Source of the DNA: Treponema sp.
GTDB taxonomy: Bacteria; Spirochaetota; Spirochaetia; Treponematales; Breznakiellaceae
Length of the DNA: 40,978 nt
Direction of reading: 5' to 3'
NCBI GenBank assembly: GCA_031261385.1
Contig: JAISJS010000117.1
Location: forward strand, 1 to 40,978
The notes under the pieces were generated by a model. It saw only the letters and a list, made by a program, of their open reading frames with translations, ran no database searches and had not been told where the DNA came from. Made by a program: the position numbers and the translations under genes. How positions within the stretch are numbered: the first letter of the stretch is position 1; every line of letters begins with the position of its first letter. Positions 29,002-38,288 of the stretch are shown here, piece after piece.

Positions 29002-30498
29002 ATGGCCGCTGTTCGGGCGTTGGTGGTAGATGAGTCTAAGGTAAAAAAAGCTGTGCAGTCGGGGATCCCCCTGACCATTACGACTTTCACGCTTCCCCAT
29101 GAGATCGAAGTTTATATAGAACAGGTTATTAATGTTTTCCTCAAACAGGTCGATCAGGAAAAACTAAAAGATTATATCGTCTATTGTGTTCAGGAACTGG
29201 CGGTTAACGCCAAAAAAGCAAATACCAAGCGGGTTTACTTTACCGAGCGGGGCCTGGATCTGGCTAACCCCGATGATTACAAAGAGGGGATGGCCAATTT
29301 TAAAGAGAACACCCTCAACAACATCGCCCATTATCTTCAATTACAAAAAGAGAAGGGCCTGTACATCAAGCTGATACTTCAGATCAAAAAAAATATCATC
29401 CATGTCGAAGTCCGCAATAATGTAGCGGTAACCAAGACCGAACTTATCCGCATACACGACAAGCTTGCCCGCTCCCGGCAGTACAACAATCTTGAGGATG
29501 CACTTTCCCAGGTGCTTGATGATTCCGAAGGCGCAGGGCTGGGCCTTGTCATCCTTGTGTTGATGCTGAAAAAAATGGGTCTGGATGAGGACTGCTTCGA
29601 CATTCTGGGAACCGATAAGGAAACCATCGCCCGTATAGTAATCCCCCTGGATCAGACCCGGGTGGAGAGCCTTTCAATTCTTGCCAGTACCATCGTTAAC
29701 AACGTGAATTCACTGCCCCAGTTCCCCGAAAATATTTTGATGGTGCAAAAACTTATCGGGGACCCGAAATCGGACATGGCAAATATTGCCCGTCAGATTT
29801 CCATGGACCCGGCGCTTACTGCGGACCTCCTCAAGATCGTCAACTCTGCGCAGTATATGCTTGCAAAAAAAGTGGACAGCATTGCCGAAGCGGTTAAAAT
29901 GGTGGGTATCCGGGGCATCAAAAATCTGCTGTACTCCTATGGTACACAGAAGGTCCTGGGTGACGATTCGGCGGAGAAAAAACAGCTTTGGGAGCATTCG
30001 TACAAGACCGCTTTTTACGCGTACAACCTCATCAAAAATTTCAAGAAGAGCCAGAACCTTCTGGACGATGTGTATGTGGGGGGCATCCTTCACGATATGG
30101 GGAAAATTATTTTTTCCAACGTTCACCCGGAACTGCTCACCAAGATCAAGGAATTCTGCGATGAGAAAGAACTGCCTGTTTCCACCTTCGAGGATCTGTC
30201 CGCAGGGATGAACCATGCGGAAATCGGCGCCCTTATCGCAGAGAAATGGAATTTCCCCGAAGGGTTAATTATGTCGATTCGCTACCATCACGACCCGACA
30301 TCGGCGCCGGAGGAACACCGCGATCTGGTTGACACCGTGTACCTTGCCAATATGTTCTGCGAATACGAAAACGGTAATATTACCTTTGATCAGTTTGAGC
30401 CGGTGGTTCTGGAAAATTTTGGCATTGCGTCCAAGAAACAGATTGACAGTCTGCTTGAACGGTTCTCTGTCGGCTTTAAGAAAGAAAGCCAGAAGTAA
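29002..30498 (+). CDS. HDOD-domain signalling protein with an N-terminal GHKL/HATPase-like domain
   Basis: HDOD region: LPQFPENILMVQKLIGDP...MDPALTADLLKIVNSAQY...VGIRGIKNLL...HDMGKIIF...NHAEIGALIAEKWNFP...IRYHH. The N-terminal ~215 aa has an N-box-like QELAVNAKKAN and G-box-like DDSEGAGLGLVIL. Confidence 0.8.
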   Translation: MAAVRALVVDESKVKKAVQSGIPLTITTFTLPHEIEVYIEQVINVFLKQVDQEKLKDYIVYCVQELAVNAKKANTKRVYFTERGLDLANPDDYKEGMANFKENTLNNIAHYLQLQKEKGLYIKLILQIKKNIIHVEVRNNVAVTKTELIRIHDKLARSRQYNNLEDALSQVLDDSEGAGLGLVILVLMLKKMGLDEDCFDILGTDKETIARIVIPLDQTRVESLSILASTIVNNVNSLPQFPENILMVQKLIGDPKSDMANIARQISMDPALTADLLKIVNSAQYMLAKKVDSIAEAVKMVGIRGIKNLLYSYGTQKVLGDDSAEKKQLWEHSYKTAFYAYNLIKNFKKSQNLLDDVYVGGILHDMGKIIFSNVHPELLTKIKEFCDEKELPVSTFEDLSAGMNHAEIGALIAEKWNFPEGLIMSIRYHHDPTSAPEEHRDLVDTVYLANMFCEYENGNITFDQFEPVVLENFGIASKKQIDSLLERFSVGFKKESQK

Positions 30499-31663
30499 CG
30501 TCAGTTACTATCGATCGCAGCGCCTCTATGCAGTTGTCAATATCGGCTTCGGTGTTAAGGTACCCTATGCTGATACGAATCGTTCCGCCTGAAGCAAGGG
30601 TTCCCAAAAGCCGGTGCGCGTCCGGGGCGCAGTGAAGGCCTGCGCGTACTGCAATACCAAAGCTGTCATCAAGGATAAGTTCCGCCTCCGCACATTCAAT
30701 ATTTTCCGGTGTTACTGATACCACGCCGCTTCGATGCGGGCCGGGCGGCGGTCCATAAATCTTGATTCCCGGAATTTCCTGTAATCCCCGTATCAGCCGG
30801 GATGACAGCGCCGCCTCATGTTCCTCAATTTTTTCGATTCCCTGTTCAAGAATGAAACGAACCCCTTCTCCGAGGGCGGCAATTCCTGCGGCGTTCATCG
30901 TGCCGCTTTCATAACGATCCGGCCCCGATGGAGGCTGAGTTAATTCTTCCGAACGGCTGCCGGTACCTCCTTCCCGCAGCGGAGAAAGAATAAGGCCTTC
31001 ACGAATGTACAGTCCACCGGTACCCTGCGGCCCAAAAAGTCCCTTGTGACCGGGAAAGGCCAAAAGATCGATGTTGAGTTTCTGCACATCAACAGGTTTT
31101 GTTCCTGCCGATTGCGCTGCGTCCACCAGCAGAGGGATGCCCTGTTCCCGGCACAGCGCCCCAATTTCTCCGATGGGGTTTTCTGCGCCGGTCACATTGG
31201 ATACATGGTTGAATACGGCAAGCTTCGTATTGGGCCGCAGCGCAGAACGTATTGCGTTACGCACCGCATTGGGTTCTGTGGTATACTCCGTTCCGGCGGC
31301 AGGTAAAACGTTTACCTTTGTACATTCAACCCCAATTGCCCTGAGCGCCTCCAGGGGGCGGGCCACGGAATTATGCTCCATGGAACCTGCGATCACATGA
31401 TCCCCCGGACGGAGTATGCCCTTGATCGCAAGGTTCAGCGCGTCGGTGGCGTTCAGCGTGAAACAAATGTTTTTGGGATTGGGAACATTGAAAAGCCGTG
31501 CGAGAAGCAGGCGGGTTTCTTCGATTGCGCGCCCTGCCGCCATCGACAGCCGGTGCCCCGAACGGCCGGCGTTTCCCGAAAATTCCCGCAGCGCCTTATC
31601 CGCCGCAATGTAGACCCGCTCCGGCTTGGGCCAGGAGGTGGCGGCGTTATCCAGGTAGATCAT
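30476..31663 (-). CDS. class-V PLP-dependent cysteine desulfurase-family protein (NifS-like)
   Basis: From ATG 31663 (ATGA overlap with the mog stop): MIYLDNAATSWPKP. PLP-Lys context AFPGHKGLFGPQGTGGLY. Active-site Cys context VRAGLHCAPDAHR. The 3' end overlaps the convergent HDOD gene by 23 nt. Confidence 0.85.
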   Translation of the reverse strand: MIYLDNAATSWPKPERVYIAADKALREFSGNAGRSGHRLSMAAGRAIEETRLLLARLFNVPNPKNICFTLNATDALNLAIKGILRPGDHVIAGSMEHNSVARPLEALRAIGVECTKVNVLPAAGTEYTTEPNAVRNAIRSALRPNTKLAVFNHVSNVTGAENPIGEIGALCREQGIPLLVDAAQSAGTKPVDVQKLNIDLLAFPGHKGLFGPQGTGGLYIREGLILSPLREGGTGSRSEELTQPPSGPDRYESGTMNAAGIAALGEGVRFILEQGIEKIEEHEAALSSRLIRGLQEIPGIKIYGPPPGPHRSGVVSVTPENIECAEAELILDDSFGIAVRAGLHCAPDAHRLLGTLASGGTIRISIGYLNTEADIDNCIEALRSIVTDVTSGFLS

Positions 31664-32202
31664 GATGCCGCGCACTCGCCATCACGTCCGGTTAAAATAT
31701 CCAGGCCGTGCTGCAATTCACCGATGATGAAGGCAAGGTTTTCCCGCACCGCCCTGGGGCTGCCCGGCAGATTGACAATCAGGGTGCTTCCCCGTATTGC
31801 CGCAACCCCTCTGCTCAGCATGGCCCGTTTGGTAATAGCCATGCTTTGCATACGCATTGCTTCGGCAATGCCGGGGGCAAGCCGTTCTGCAACGGCAAGC
31901 GTTGCCTCGGGTGTACGGTCCCGCGGAGAAAAACCTGTGCCCCCGGTGGTAAGGATAAGGTCGGCAAGGCCGCTGTCACATATTCGTTTCATTTCGGCTT
32001 CCAGCAATGCCTGTTCATCGGGCAGAATGAGGTAACTTTCCACCGTGTAACCCGCTGCCGCAGCGATCTCCCGTATCAGCGGACCGCTTGTATCCTCCCG
32101 CTCCCCCCGCGAGCCCTTATCGCTTGCAGTGATGATCCCAACCCGGTATGAAGGGCCTGTTTTTTGCCGCCGCGTATCGTGCGTTAATTCATTATCAGCC
32201 AT
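31660..32202 (-). CDS. mog: molybdopterin adenylyltransferase / MoaB-Mog family protein
   Basis: VGIITASDKGSRGEREDTSGP...LILTTGGTGFSPRDRTPEA...MLSRGVAAIRGSTLIVNLPGSPRA is the MogA/MoaB signature. Confidence 0.9.
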   Translation of the reverse strand: MADNELTHDTRRQKTGPSYRVGIITASDKGSRGEREDTSGPLIREIAAAAGYTVESYLILPDEQALLEAEMKRICDSGLADLILTTGGTGFSPRDRTPEATLAVAERLAPGIAEAMRMQSMAITKRAMLSRGVAAIRGSTLIVNLPGSPRAVRENLAFIIGELQHGLDILTGRDGECAAS

Positions 32203-32214
32203 ACTCTGCCTTCT

Positions 32215-32706
32215 TTAGAAGTTTTCTTTAATTATAATCGTATCACCGGTACGCACAACTCCGCCATGCAGGACTTTGGCAAAAAGGCTCTGCCCGGCAA
32301 GGCGGCAGGCGCGCCCCGCAGAAAACAGCGGACATTCATCGTGACAGAGTTTTGCCTCGCCGGTTATTTCCAGCAATACCTCAGCGCCTGTTGCTATACT
32401 TGCCGCTGCAAACGGCGCTTCCACAACAAGCCGCATTCCCGCCCGGAGCGTTTGCAAAGGAAGACCCTGTATGGTGATGTTTTCCCTAAACTTTGTAAAG
32501 CACAGGCCTTCCTGCCCGGCGTTTTCCGTTTTAAACGTCTCCATCCACTGCCGTCCCTCACCGGAAAACAAACTGATCTGCCTGTCCCCGCCATCCGCGT
32601 GAAAGTCTCCTTCCATACCGGTCCCCTCCCGAAGCAGGGCCTCTGTCAATATTTCGCCTGCCTGTCCTTTGGCGGGGTAACGGGCGATGGCGCTTATTTT
32701 TGGCAA
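32215..32706 (-). CDS. MOSC-domain protein
   Basis: 163 aa. TGMEGDFHADGGDRQISL...ENITIQGL...LLEITGEAKLCHDECPLF...GVVRTGDTIII matches the MOSC beta-barrel with its conserved Cys. TTG start at 32706, overlapping the upstream gene by 13 nt. Confidence 0.8.
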   Translation of the reverse strand: MPKISAIARYPAKGQAGEILTEALLREGTGMEGDFHADGGDRQISLFSGEGRQWMETFKTENAGQEGLCFTKFRENITIQGLPLQTLRAGMRLVVEAPFAAASIATGAEVLLEITGEAKLCHDECPLFSAGRACRLAGQSLFAKVLHGGVVRTGDTIIIKENF

Positions 32707-34634
32707 GACGATATTCCCTGTATCCGCACAATTTCCCCGCAGTGTTCCCGGGTGTAGCCGCCCAGTTCAGTGAGCCGCCGGTGAAAGGCTTCGCTTTTAA
32801 GACAGGCGATAAAAGCCTCTACCTGGGGCAGCTCCAAAAACCGCGGATGAACGGCAAAGTCGTATTCTTCGTTGCCCAGGGCGATAAAGCCCAAACCCAG
32901 CGCGGCGGCGGCAGATGATATACCCATGCCCGCATCGGCATTGCCGCTTTCCACCGCCGCAGCGACCGCCATGTGGGTAGCAGCCTCGTGGTCATAACCG
33001 TTAATTTGTTCCGGGGCAATTCCTTTCTGTTTCAGGCAGAAATCAAGAAAAAACCGGGTCCCCGCACCCCGCTGGCGGTTGATATACCGGCAGGAAACAA
33101 GATCGGCAACGCCCGTAATACCCAAAGGATTTTCTTTGGGGATGATCAGCCCCTGAATCCGTCCCACGCCTTTGATCAGGGCCATTGGAGTTTCTTTAAA
33201 AATTTCGTTGATGTATGACACATTGTATTCGCCTGTTTCCCCGTTGAGCAGATGGGTGGGGGCGATATGACATTCACCGTGCAGCAGCGCCATAAGGCCC
33301 GCCATACTGCCGACATGTGCAGAAGCCAAAAATGTATTTCCGCCTGCCATCATATCGGCAATCACATCGAGAATAAGATCGTGGCTCCCGATGGAAACTA
33401 CGGTGCGCTCAATTTCGCTTAACGAACGGTACAGTTCCACCCTGGCAGCGGCGCCGGCCTCAATGCCCTCGCTGTTTTGATCGATCACGCAGAAGCCGTC
33501 GGCCCGTACCAGTGACATGGCTGCCCCCGCGCCCCGCGCCAGCGGAGAGGCAACAAGTTTCCCATCCACCCGTCCCACCTTGACCCGCACATATTCGCGG
33601 TGTTTCAGCGATGATACGATCCGTTTGGCGATCACCGCTTCCACGGTTGCAGCTTCGCTGTCAATCACACGGCCGGCAAGAATTCCCAACACCGGCGCGG
33701 CGAATTTTTCCCAAGCCAGGTACGCGGACACGGGATAGCCGGGAATACCGATTACCGGTTTATTATTTACCATCGCGAGTATCACCGGCTTGCCGGGCTT
33801 CATCGCAACGCCGTGTACAATTACCTCACCCAGTTCCCGCAGCACATGAACAGTAAAATCCCCGGTACCGGCGCTTGATCCGGCGTTGACAATAACCATA
33901 TCGAATTCTGCGGCGGCCTTTGCAATTTTCTCACGGATCAAATCGTAATCATCGGGAATGGGGGCAAAACGGGTGGGCGCGCCGCCGCCCTGCACCGTCT
34001 GGGCTTCAAACATACGGGTGTTGGATTCGATGATTGGCCCGGGAATTGATGATTCCCGGGAAAAAATATCCGGCTCAACAATTTCGGTACCCGTGGGAAA
34101 AATAGCAACAGCAGGTTTTGTATACACTTCGATCCGTGTTATCCCGCCGGCAAGCAGCACGCCAATGTCGATGGGGCGAATGCGGTGACGGCCGGGGAGT
34201 ATCATCTCTCCGGTAACGATATCTTCACCGATGGGACGGATGTATTGCCAGGCGACGGCGGCCTCGCGGATTTGCACAGTATCGGCGGCAAGCTCAACAA
34301 TGTCCTCCGCCATTATCACTGCATCGTAGGGCGGATAAATCGGGTCTCCGGTGTCCGTTACCACGAAGTCCCTGCCGTGGACCAGCGTAACAGGATTATT
34401 TTCCCGCGCGCCCGCCGTTGCTGCGGCAATAACCGCAATGCCGTCCATAGCCGCCGCATTATACAGCGGCGAACAGCAGCGGGCGTATACCGCCTGCCGT
34501 GTTACCCGGTCCAGGCTTTCCGTTACGGGAATTTCTTCAAACCCGGGAACAAGATGATCGCCTAACGCGGCTAAATATTTTGCAAGGGCTTCTTCCACGG
34601 GAATATTGGTCAGGTATAAATTACGCTTTGCCAT
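32694..34634 (-). CDS. moeA: MoeA (molybdopterin molybdotransferase) fused to a C-terminal PBP-like anion-binding domain
   Basis: The N-terminal ~410 aa is MoeA (SPLYNAAAMDGIAV, VNAGSSAGTGDF, KPGKPVILA). The C-terminal ~230 aa (SIGSHDLILDVIADMM...HIAPTHLL...HMAVAAAVESGNADAGMGISSAA) looks like the periplasmic-binding-protein-like domain seen on some MoeA/ModE-type proteins. ATG 34634 (GAGG upstream) is preferred over the listed TTG 34646. Confidence 0.8.
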   Translation of the reverse strand: MAKRNLYLTNIPVEEALAKYLAALGDHLVPGFEEIPVTESLDRVTRQAVYARCCSPLYNAAAMDGIAVIAAATAGARENNPVTLVHGRDFVVTDTGDPIYPPYDAVIMAEDIVELAADTVQIREAAVAWQYIRPIGEDIVTGEMILPGRHRIRPIDIGVLLAGGITRIEVYTKPAVAIFPTGTEIVEPDIFSRESSIPGPIIESNTRMFEAQTVQGGGAPTRFAPIPDDYDLIREKIAKAAAEFDMVIVNAGSSAGTGDFTVHVLRELGEVIVHGVAMKPGKPVILAMVNNKPVIGIPGYPVSAYLAWEKFAAPVLGILAGRVIDSEAATVEAVIAKRIVSSLKHREYVRVKVGRVDGKLVASPLARGAGAAMSLVRADGFCVIDQNSEGIEAGAAARVELYRSLSEIERTVVSIGSHDLILDVIADMMAGGNTFLASAHVGSMAGLMALLHGECHIAPTHLLNGETGEYNVSYINEIFKETPMALIKGVGRIQGLIIPKENPLGITGVADLVSCRYINRQRGAGTRFFLDFCLKQKGIAPEQINGYDHEAATHMAVAAAVESGNADAGMGISSAAAALGLGFIALGNEEYDFAVHPRFLELPQVEAFIACLKSEAFHRRLTELGGYTREHCGEIVRIQGISSCQK

Positions 34635-34679
34635 CAATAACCTCAAGAGAAGAAAAACCGCAGAGGGAAAAATAATTTT

Positions 34680-35918
34680 TCACATTAAATATACCCATAC
34701 ATCTTCATCCTTTTTCAGCCCTTCTTTGTTCTTGTCGATGATGATGTATCCTCCTGCGCGGGTAAGGGTACTGATCATCCCCGATTTGCCAAAAACAGGT
34801 TCTGCAATATAAGCAAATGGAGCGTTATCGTCACTGCGGAGCAGCGCCGGCTGGTATAAAGTTTTTCCCGGAGCGCCGGGAATGTTGCACGGAACTTTTG
34901 CCGGAATGGGAACCGGTTCGCTTTGATGGGTGAGTTTCCGGGCAAGCCAGGAAAAAAGAATTTCAAAAACCATCATCGCCGACACGGGATGACCCGGCAG
35001 TCCCGCGAGTATGGTCTGCGTTACTTCATCAAACCCGAGTATCGTGGGTTTTCCCGGTTTGACGGCAAGGCCATGGGTAAAAATACCGGGCTTTGCAATA
35101 CGGGAAAAAATCCGTGCCGTGGCATCCTTTTCGCCCTGGGAACTTCCCCCCGATACGGCGACCACATCCGACGAGGCAAGGCTTTCACGCACTGCCCTTT
35201 CCAAAAGCGCCTCATCATCCCCGATGCGTTTTTGGCTCATCACCTGATAACCGTTCCGGGCCGCAAGAGCACACAATGCCCAGCTGTTAATGTCCCGGAC
35301 CTCACCGGTTTCAGGCGCGGCAGAAGGCGGAATCAACTCATCCCCGGTGGAAACAAGGGTGATACGCAGGGGCGCATATACCGGAATTGTGGTTATGCCT
35401 GCCGCAGCAAGAGCGCCGATCTCCTGGAAACGTATACACGCGCCCCGGTGCAGAAATATTTCTCCGTTGCGGAGGTCCTCACCGGCTTCGGCAATGTTGC
35501 TGCCCACAGCGGCGCTTTGGTAAACCGCTGTGGAATTGTCCCCGGCCTTTTCGGTATACTCAACCATAACCACTGCGTCCGCCCCGTCCGGAATCATGCC
35601 GCCGGTGGGCACAAGGGCACATTCTCCGCGATGCAGGGAAAAGCCCGCCGCTTTTCCCATTTCAACCGATCCCGCACATTTTAGAAAAACCGGAATCGCC
35701 TCACCGGCTCCTGCGGTATCCGCCGAAACTACTGCATACCCGTCCACAGTGGAGCGGCGGAAATTCGGAATATCGCCATCAGCGGAAATATCCTCCGCCA
35801 AAATCCTTCCCAAAGCATCCGGTGAATTTATCCGGTCTGTTACGGGCGCCCGGTCTTTCATACAGTTCAGCAATTTGATCCGGGCTTCTTCAATGCTGTC
35901 AACGGTTAAAAGTTTCAC
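34680..35918 (-). CDS. moeA: molybdopterin molybdotransferase MoeA (second paralog)
   Basis: 412 aa with a GTG start. Motifs FRRSTVDGYAV, VAVSGGSSQGEKD and KPGKPTILG. Confidence 0.9.
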   Translation of the reverse strand: MKLLTVDSIEEARIKLLNCMKDRAPVTDRINSPDALGRILAEDISADGDIPNFRRSTVDGYAVVSADTAGAGEAIPVFLKCAGSVEMGKAAGFSLHRGECALVPTGGMIPDGADAVVMVEYTEKAGDNSTAVYQSAAVGSNIAEAGEDLRNGEIFLHRGACIRFQEIGALAAAGITTIPVYAPLRITLVSTGDELIPPSAAPETGEVRDINSWALCALAARNGYQVMSQKRIGDDEALLERAVRESLASSDVVAVSGGSSQGEKDATARIFSRIAKPGIFTHGLAVKPGKPTILGFDEVTQTILAGLPGHPVSAMMVFEILFSWLARKLTHQSEPVPIPAKVPCNIPGAPGKTLYQPALLRSDDNAPFAYIAEPVFGKSGMISTLTRAGGYIIIDKNKEGLKKDEDVWVYLM

Positions 35919-35954
35919 CTGTGCCCGCTCCGCTCTTTGGTATGCGTCCCGGAT

Positions 35955-38189
35955 TTAATGGTATCCACGCTCCGCCATATTTGTCAAATCGGCAAGCAGT
36001 TTATTCATAACATTGACAAGTTCCCAATTATGAGCCATTACCCAATCAAGGTCGCCGCGCTTTGCCGCCTGTTCCAGCTCTTCAGCCTTTTTACCCGCTG
36101 TGTTTGCCGCCACGCCGTAGCTTGAGCCCTTGATGCCATGTACGGTAATGATGTAATCATTAAGGCTTTTTTCCAGTTCACTTTGATCTTCGGTAAAGGC
36201 CTGCACTTTATTCATATAGGGGGGCATACCGAGAACAAAGGCTTTTAAAATCCGCAGATATGTTTTTTCATTATTTAAAAACCGGCCCAGCCCCTCAGTA
36301 AAATCCATACCGTCGACAGGATGGGTAAAAGAAAAACTCACGGAATCTTCCTGAATATTTTTTACACCGGCGGGGACTGCAGAAGGCAGGATAGCCGCCT
36401 CCTTGTCTTTGTTTCGTACCCAGGTATGCAAAAGCTTGTCCAATTTGATTGAATCGATGGGTTTTGATAAAAACGCCTGGAAACCGTTTTTAAGGAACAG
36501 CTCATCGGTGCCGACAATTGCATTGGCCGTGAGGGCGATGATCGGTATCGCTTTCGCATAACCGGTTCCAATCTCATTGCGGATTATTCTGACTGCTTCT
36601 ATTCCGTTCATATCGGGCATCATGTGATCCATAAAGATTGCATCATAATGAGTTTTGTTATCCTGAATCAGCTGCACTGCCTCATGACCGGATGTAACGC
36701 AGTCTATATCCATGCCGTAGGGAAGCATCATCCCCTTGGCGACATCAAGATTTGTCGATACATCGTCCACCACCAAAACCCGGGCATACGGAAGCTGAAG
36801 ACGGGAAGAACGCCGCCTGTCCCGCTTTATCGTATTGTAGCGGAATTTTTCAAGGTTCCGGGCATTTTCTTCCCCAACAGGCGCTGGGTTACCAATTTTT
36901 TGCGGAATCCTTACGGTAAAAGCGCTGCCCTTTCCATATTCACTTTGTACGGAAATTACTCCGCCCATCATCTCTGTGAGGTTTTTGCAGATTGAAAGCC
37001 CAAGGCCGGTTCCTTCGATATGACGGTTGCTCCGGGTATCAACCTGATTATACACTCCAAAAAGTTTTCCCGCATCTTCCTGCCGGATACCGATCCCCGT
37101 ATCGGTGACGGCGCATACCAAAGTCAAACTGTTCTCCGATTTTTCTCCCGTGATGACAAGATCGACGCTTCCCTCTTTTGTATATTTAAAGGCATTGCTC
37201 AAAAGATTGTTCAGGATCTGGCGTATCCGCAGTTCATCGCCAAAAAGAATTGTCGGAATTTCCGGATCAACCTTTAAGTGAAAATTGATGGGCTTGCTGC
37301 CAATCCGCACAATATTAAGGCTTACCGTATCATTGATAAGACTGGCAACATTATATTCCACCGGGATCAAATCAAACTTTCCCGATTCAATTTTTGAAAG
37401 GTCCAGCAGATCGTTGATGATGCTCAGAAGCACCTTTCCCGAATCCTGAATTTTTTCCAGATTAACCGTTGTATCGTTTTTATGTTCCTTGCGGAGTTCC
37501 AGTTCCCCCAGGCCTATAACGGCGTTAAGCGGGGTGCGGAGTTCATGCGAAACATTGGCAAGAAAATCCGATTTTGCCTTAACCGCGTCCTCCGCTTTCT
37601 TTTTTTCAGCTTTATAAATTGAAATTTGATACTTAATGATGAACCCGATTAAAAGGCCTGCGATATAAATGGTCTGCACATGATTGATCTCGCGGTGCAG
37701 TTCAAAACTGAACGGGATAACAAACCGGGGAAAACGGTGCTGCACATAATAACAGGCGGCAGTCAGCGCCATGTTGATAATCACCATGATCACGCATTCC
37801 CTGCCATCCATTACCAAAAAGATAAGCACCATACACATAACAAAATATCCGGGCATACCGCTCTCAATCCCGGCGCTTGCAAAAAACATCAGCGGCATGA
37901 GTATGTCGCATATCACAATCACGGCAATCCACGCGGTTATTTTATATGCATTAAATTTATCGCTGTATAATTTATTGCTGATGATGACCAGGAAAAGGGC
38001 CGCTACCGCCATACCCAGCGTGAACAGCACCGAAAAAATACCGGCCCCTTCAATAAGATTAACGATCGTAGTAACAAGGGCGCCGCATATCCCAAACAAA
38101 AAGACCAGATTGAGAATGCGCCCCTCCACAGGCACGGCTTCCGAGAAAAGGTATTTATACAGCAGGGGCTTTATTTTCATGTGCCTCAT
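35955..38189 (-). CDS. hybrid sensor histidine kinase (multi-TM sensor, HisKA, HATPase, REC, HPt)
   Basis: ~6 N-terminal TM helices. H-box FLANVSHELRTPLNAV. N/G boxes NLLSNAFKYT, DTGIGI, GTGLGLSI. REC domain VLVVDDVSTNL...IFMDHMMPDMNG...ALTA. C-terminal HPt VHGIKGSSYGV. An alternative start is ATG 38180. Confidence 0.9.
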   Translation of the reverse strand: MRHMKIKPLLYKYLFSEAVPVEGRILNLVFLFGICGALVTTIVNLIEGAGIFSVLFTLGMAVAALFLVIISNKLYSDKFNAYKITAWIAVIVICDILMPLMFFASAGIESGMPGYFVMCMVLIFLVMDGRECVIMVIINMALTAACYYVQHRFPRFVIPFSFELHREINHVQTIYIAGLLIGFIIKYQISIYKAEKKKAEDAVKAKSDFLANVSHELRTPLNAVIGLGELELRKEHKNDTTVNLEKIQDSGKVLLSIINDLLDLSKIESGKFDLIPVEYNVASLINDTVSLNIVRIGSKPINFHLKVDPEIPTILFGDELRIRQILNNLLSNAFKYTKEGSVDLVITGEKSENSLTLVCAVTDTGIGIRQEDAGKLFGVYNQVDTRSNRHIEGTGLGLSICKNLTEMMGGVISVQSEYGKGSAFTVRIPQKIGNPAPVGEENARNLEKFRYNTIKRDRRRSSRLQLPYARVLVVDDVSTNLDVAKGMMLPYGMDIDCVTSGHEAVQLIQDNKTHYDAIFMDHMMPDMNGIEAVRIIRNEIGTGYAKAIPIIALTANAIVGTDELFLKNGFQAFLSKPIDSIKLDKLLHTWVRNKDKEAAILPSAVPAGVKNIQEDSVSFSFTHPVDGMDFTEGLGRFLNNEKTYLRILKAFVLGMPPYMNKVQAFTEDQSELEKSLNDYIITVHGIKGSSYGVAANTAGKKAEELEQAAKRGDLDWVMAHNWELVNVMNKLLADLTNMAERGYH

Positions 38190-38218
38190 TTTACATAAAA
38201 GCTGAATATTCTTTAAAA

Positions 38219-38247
38219 ATTATAGCGCAATAATGACAAATTGTCAA
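38219..38247 (-). promoter_or_regulatory. consensus sigma70 promoter (TTGACA-17-TATAAT) of the kinase / Moco block
   Basis: Minus strand: TTGACA at 38247..38242, 17-nt spacer, TATAAT at 38224..38219. The -35 box is embedded in the palindrome TGACAA-A-TTGTCA (38234..38246). Confidence 0.6.
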
Positions 38248-38288
38248 AGTGTGTAATGAAATTCCATTAATAATACAATACTGATATA

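Noticed and set aside
35919-35954. A Moco riboswitch upstream of the moeA genes.
   Set aside because: The spacer is only 36 nt, and other junctions in the block are overlaps. There is no room for the ~130-nt moaA motif.
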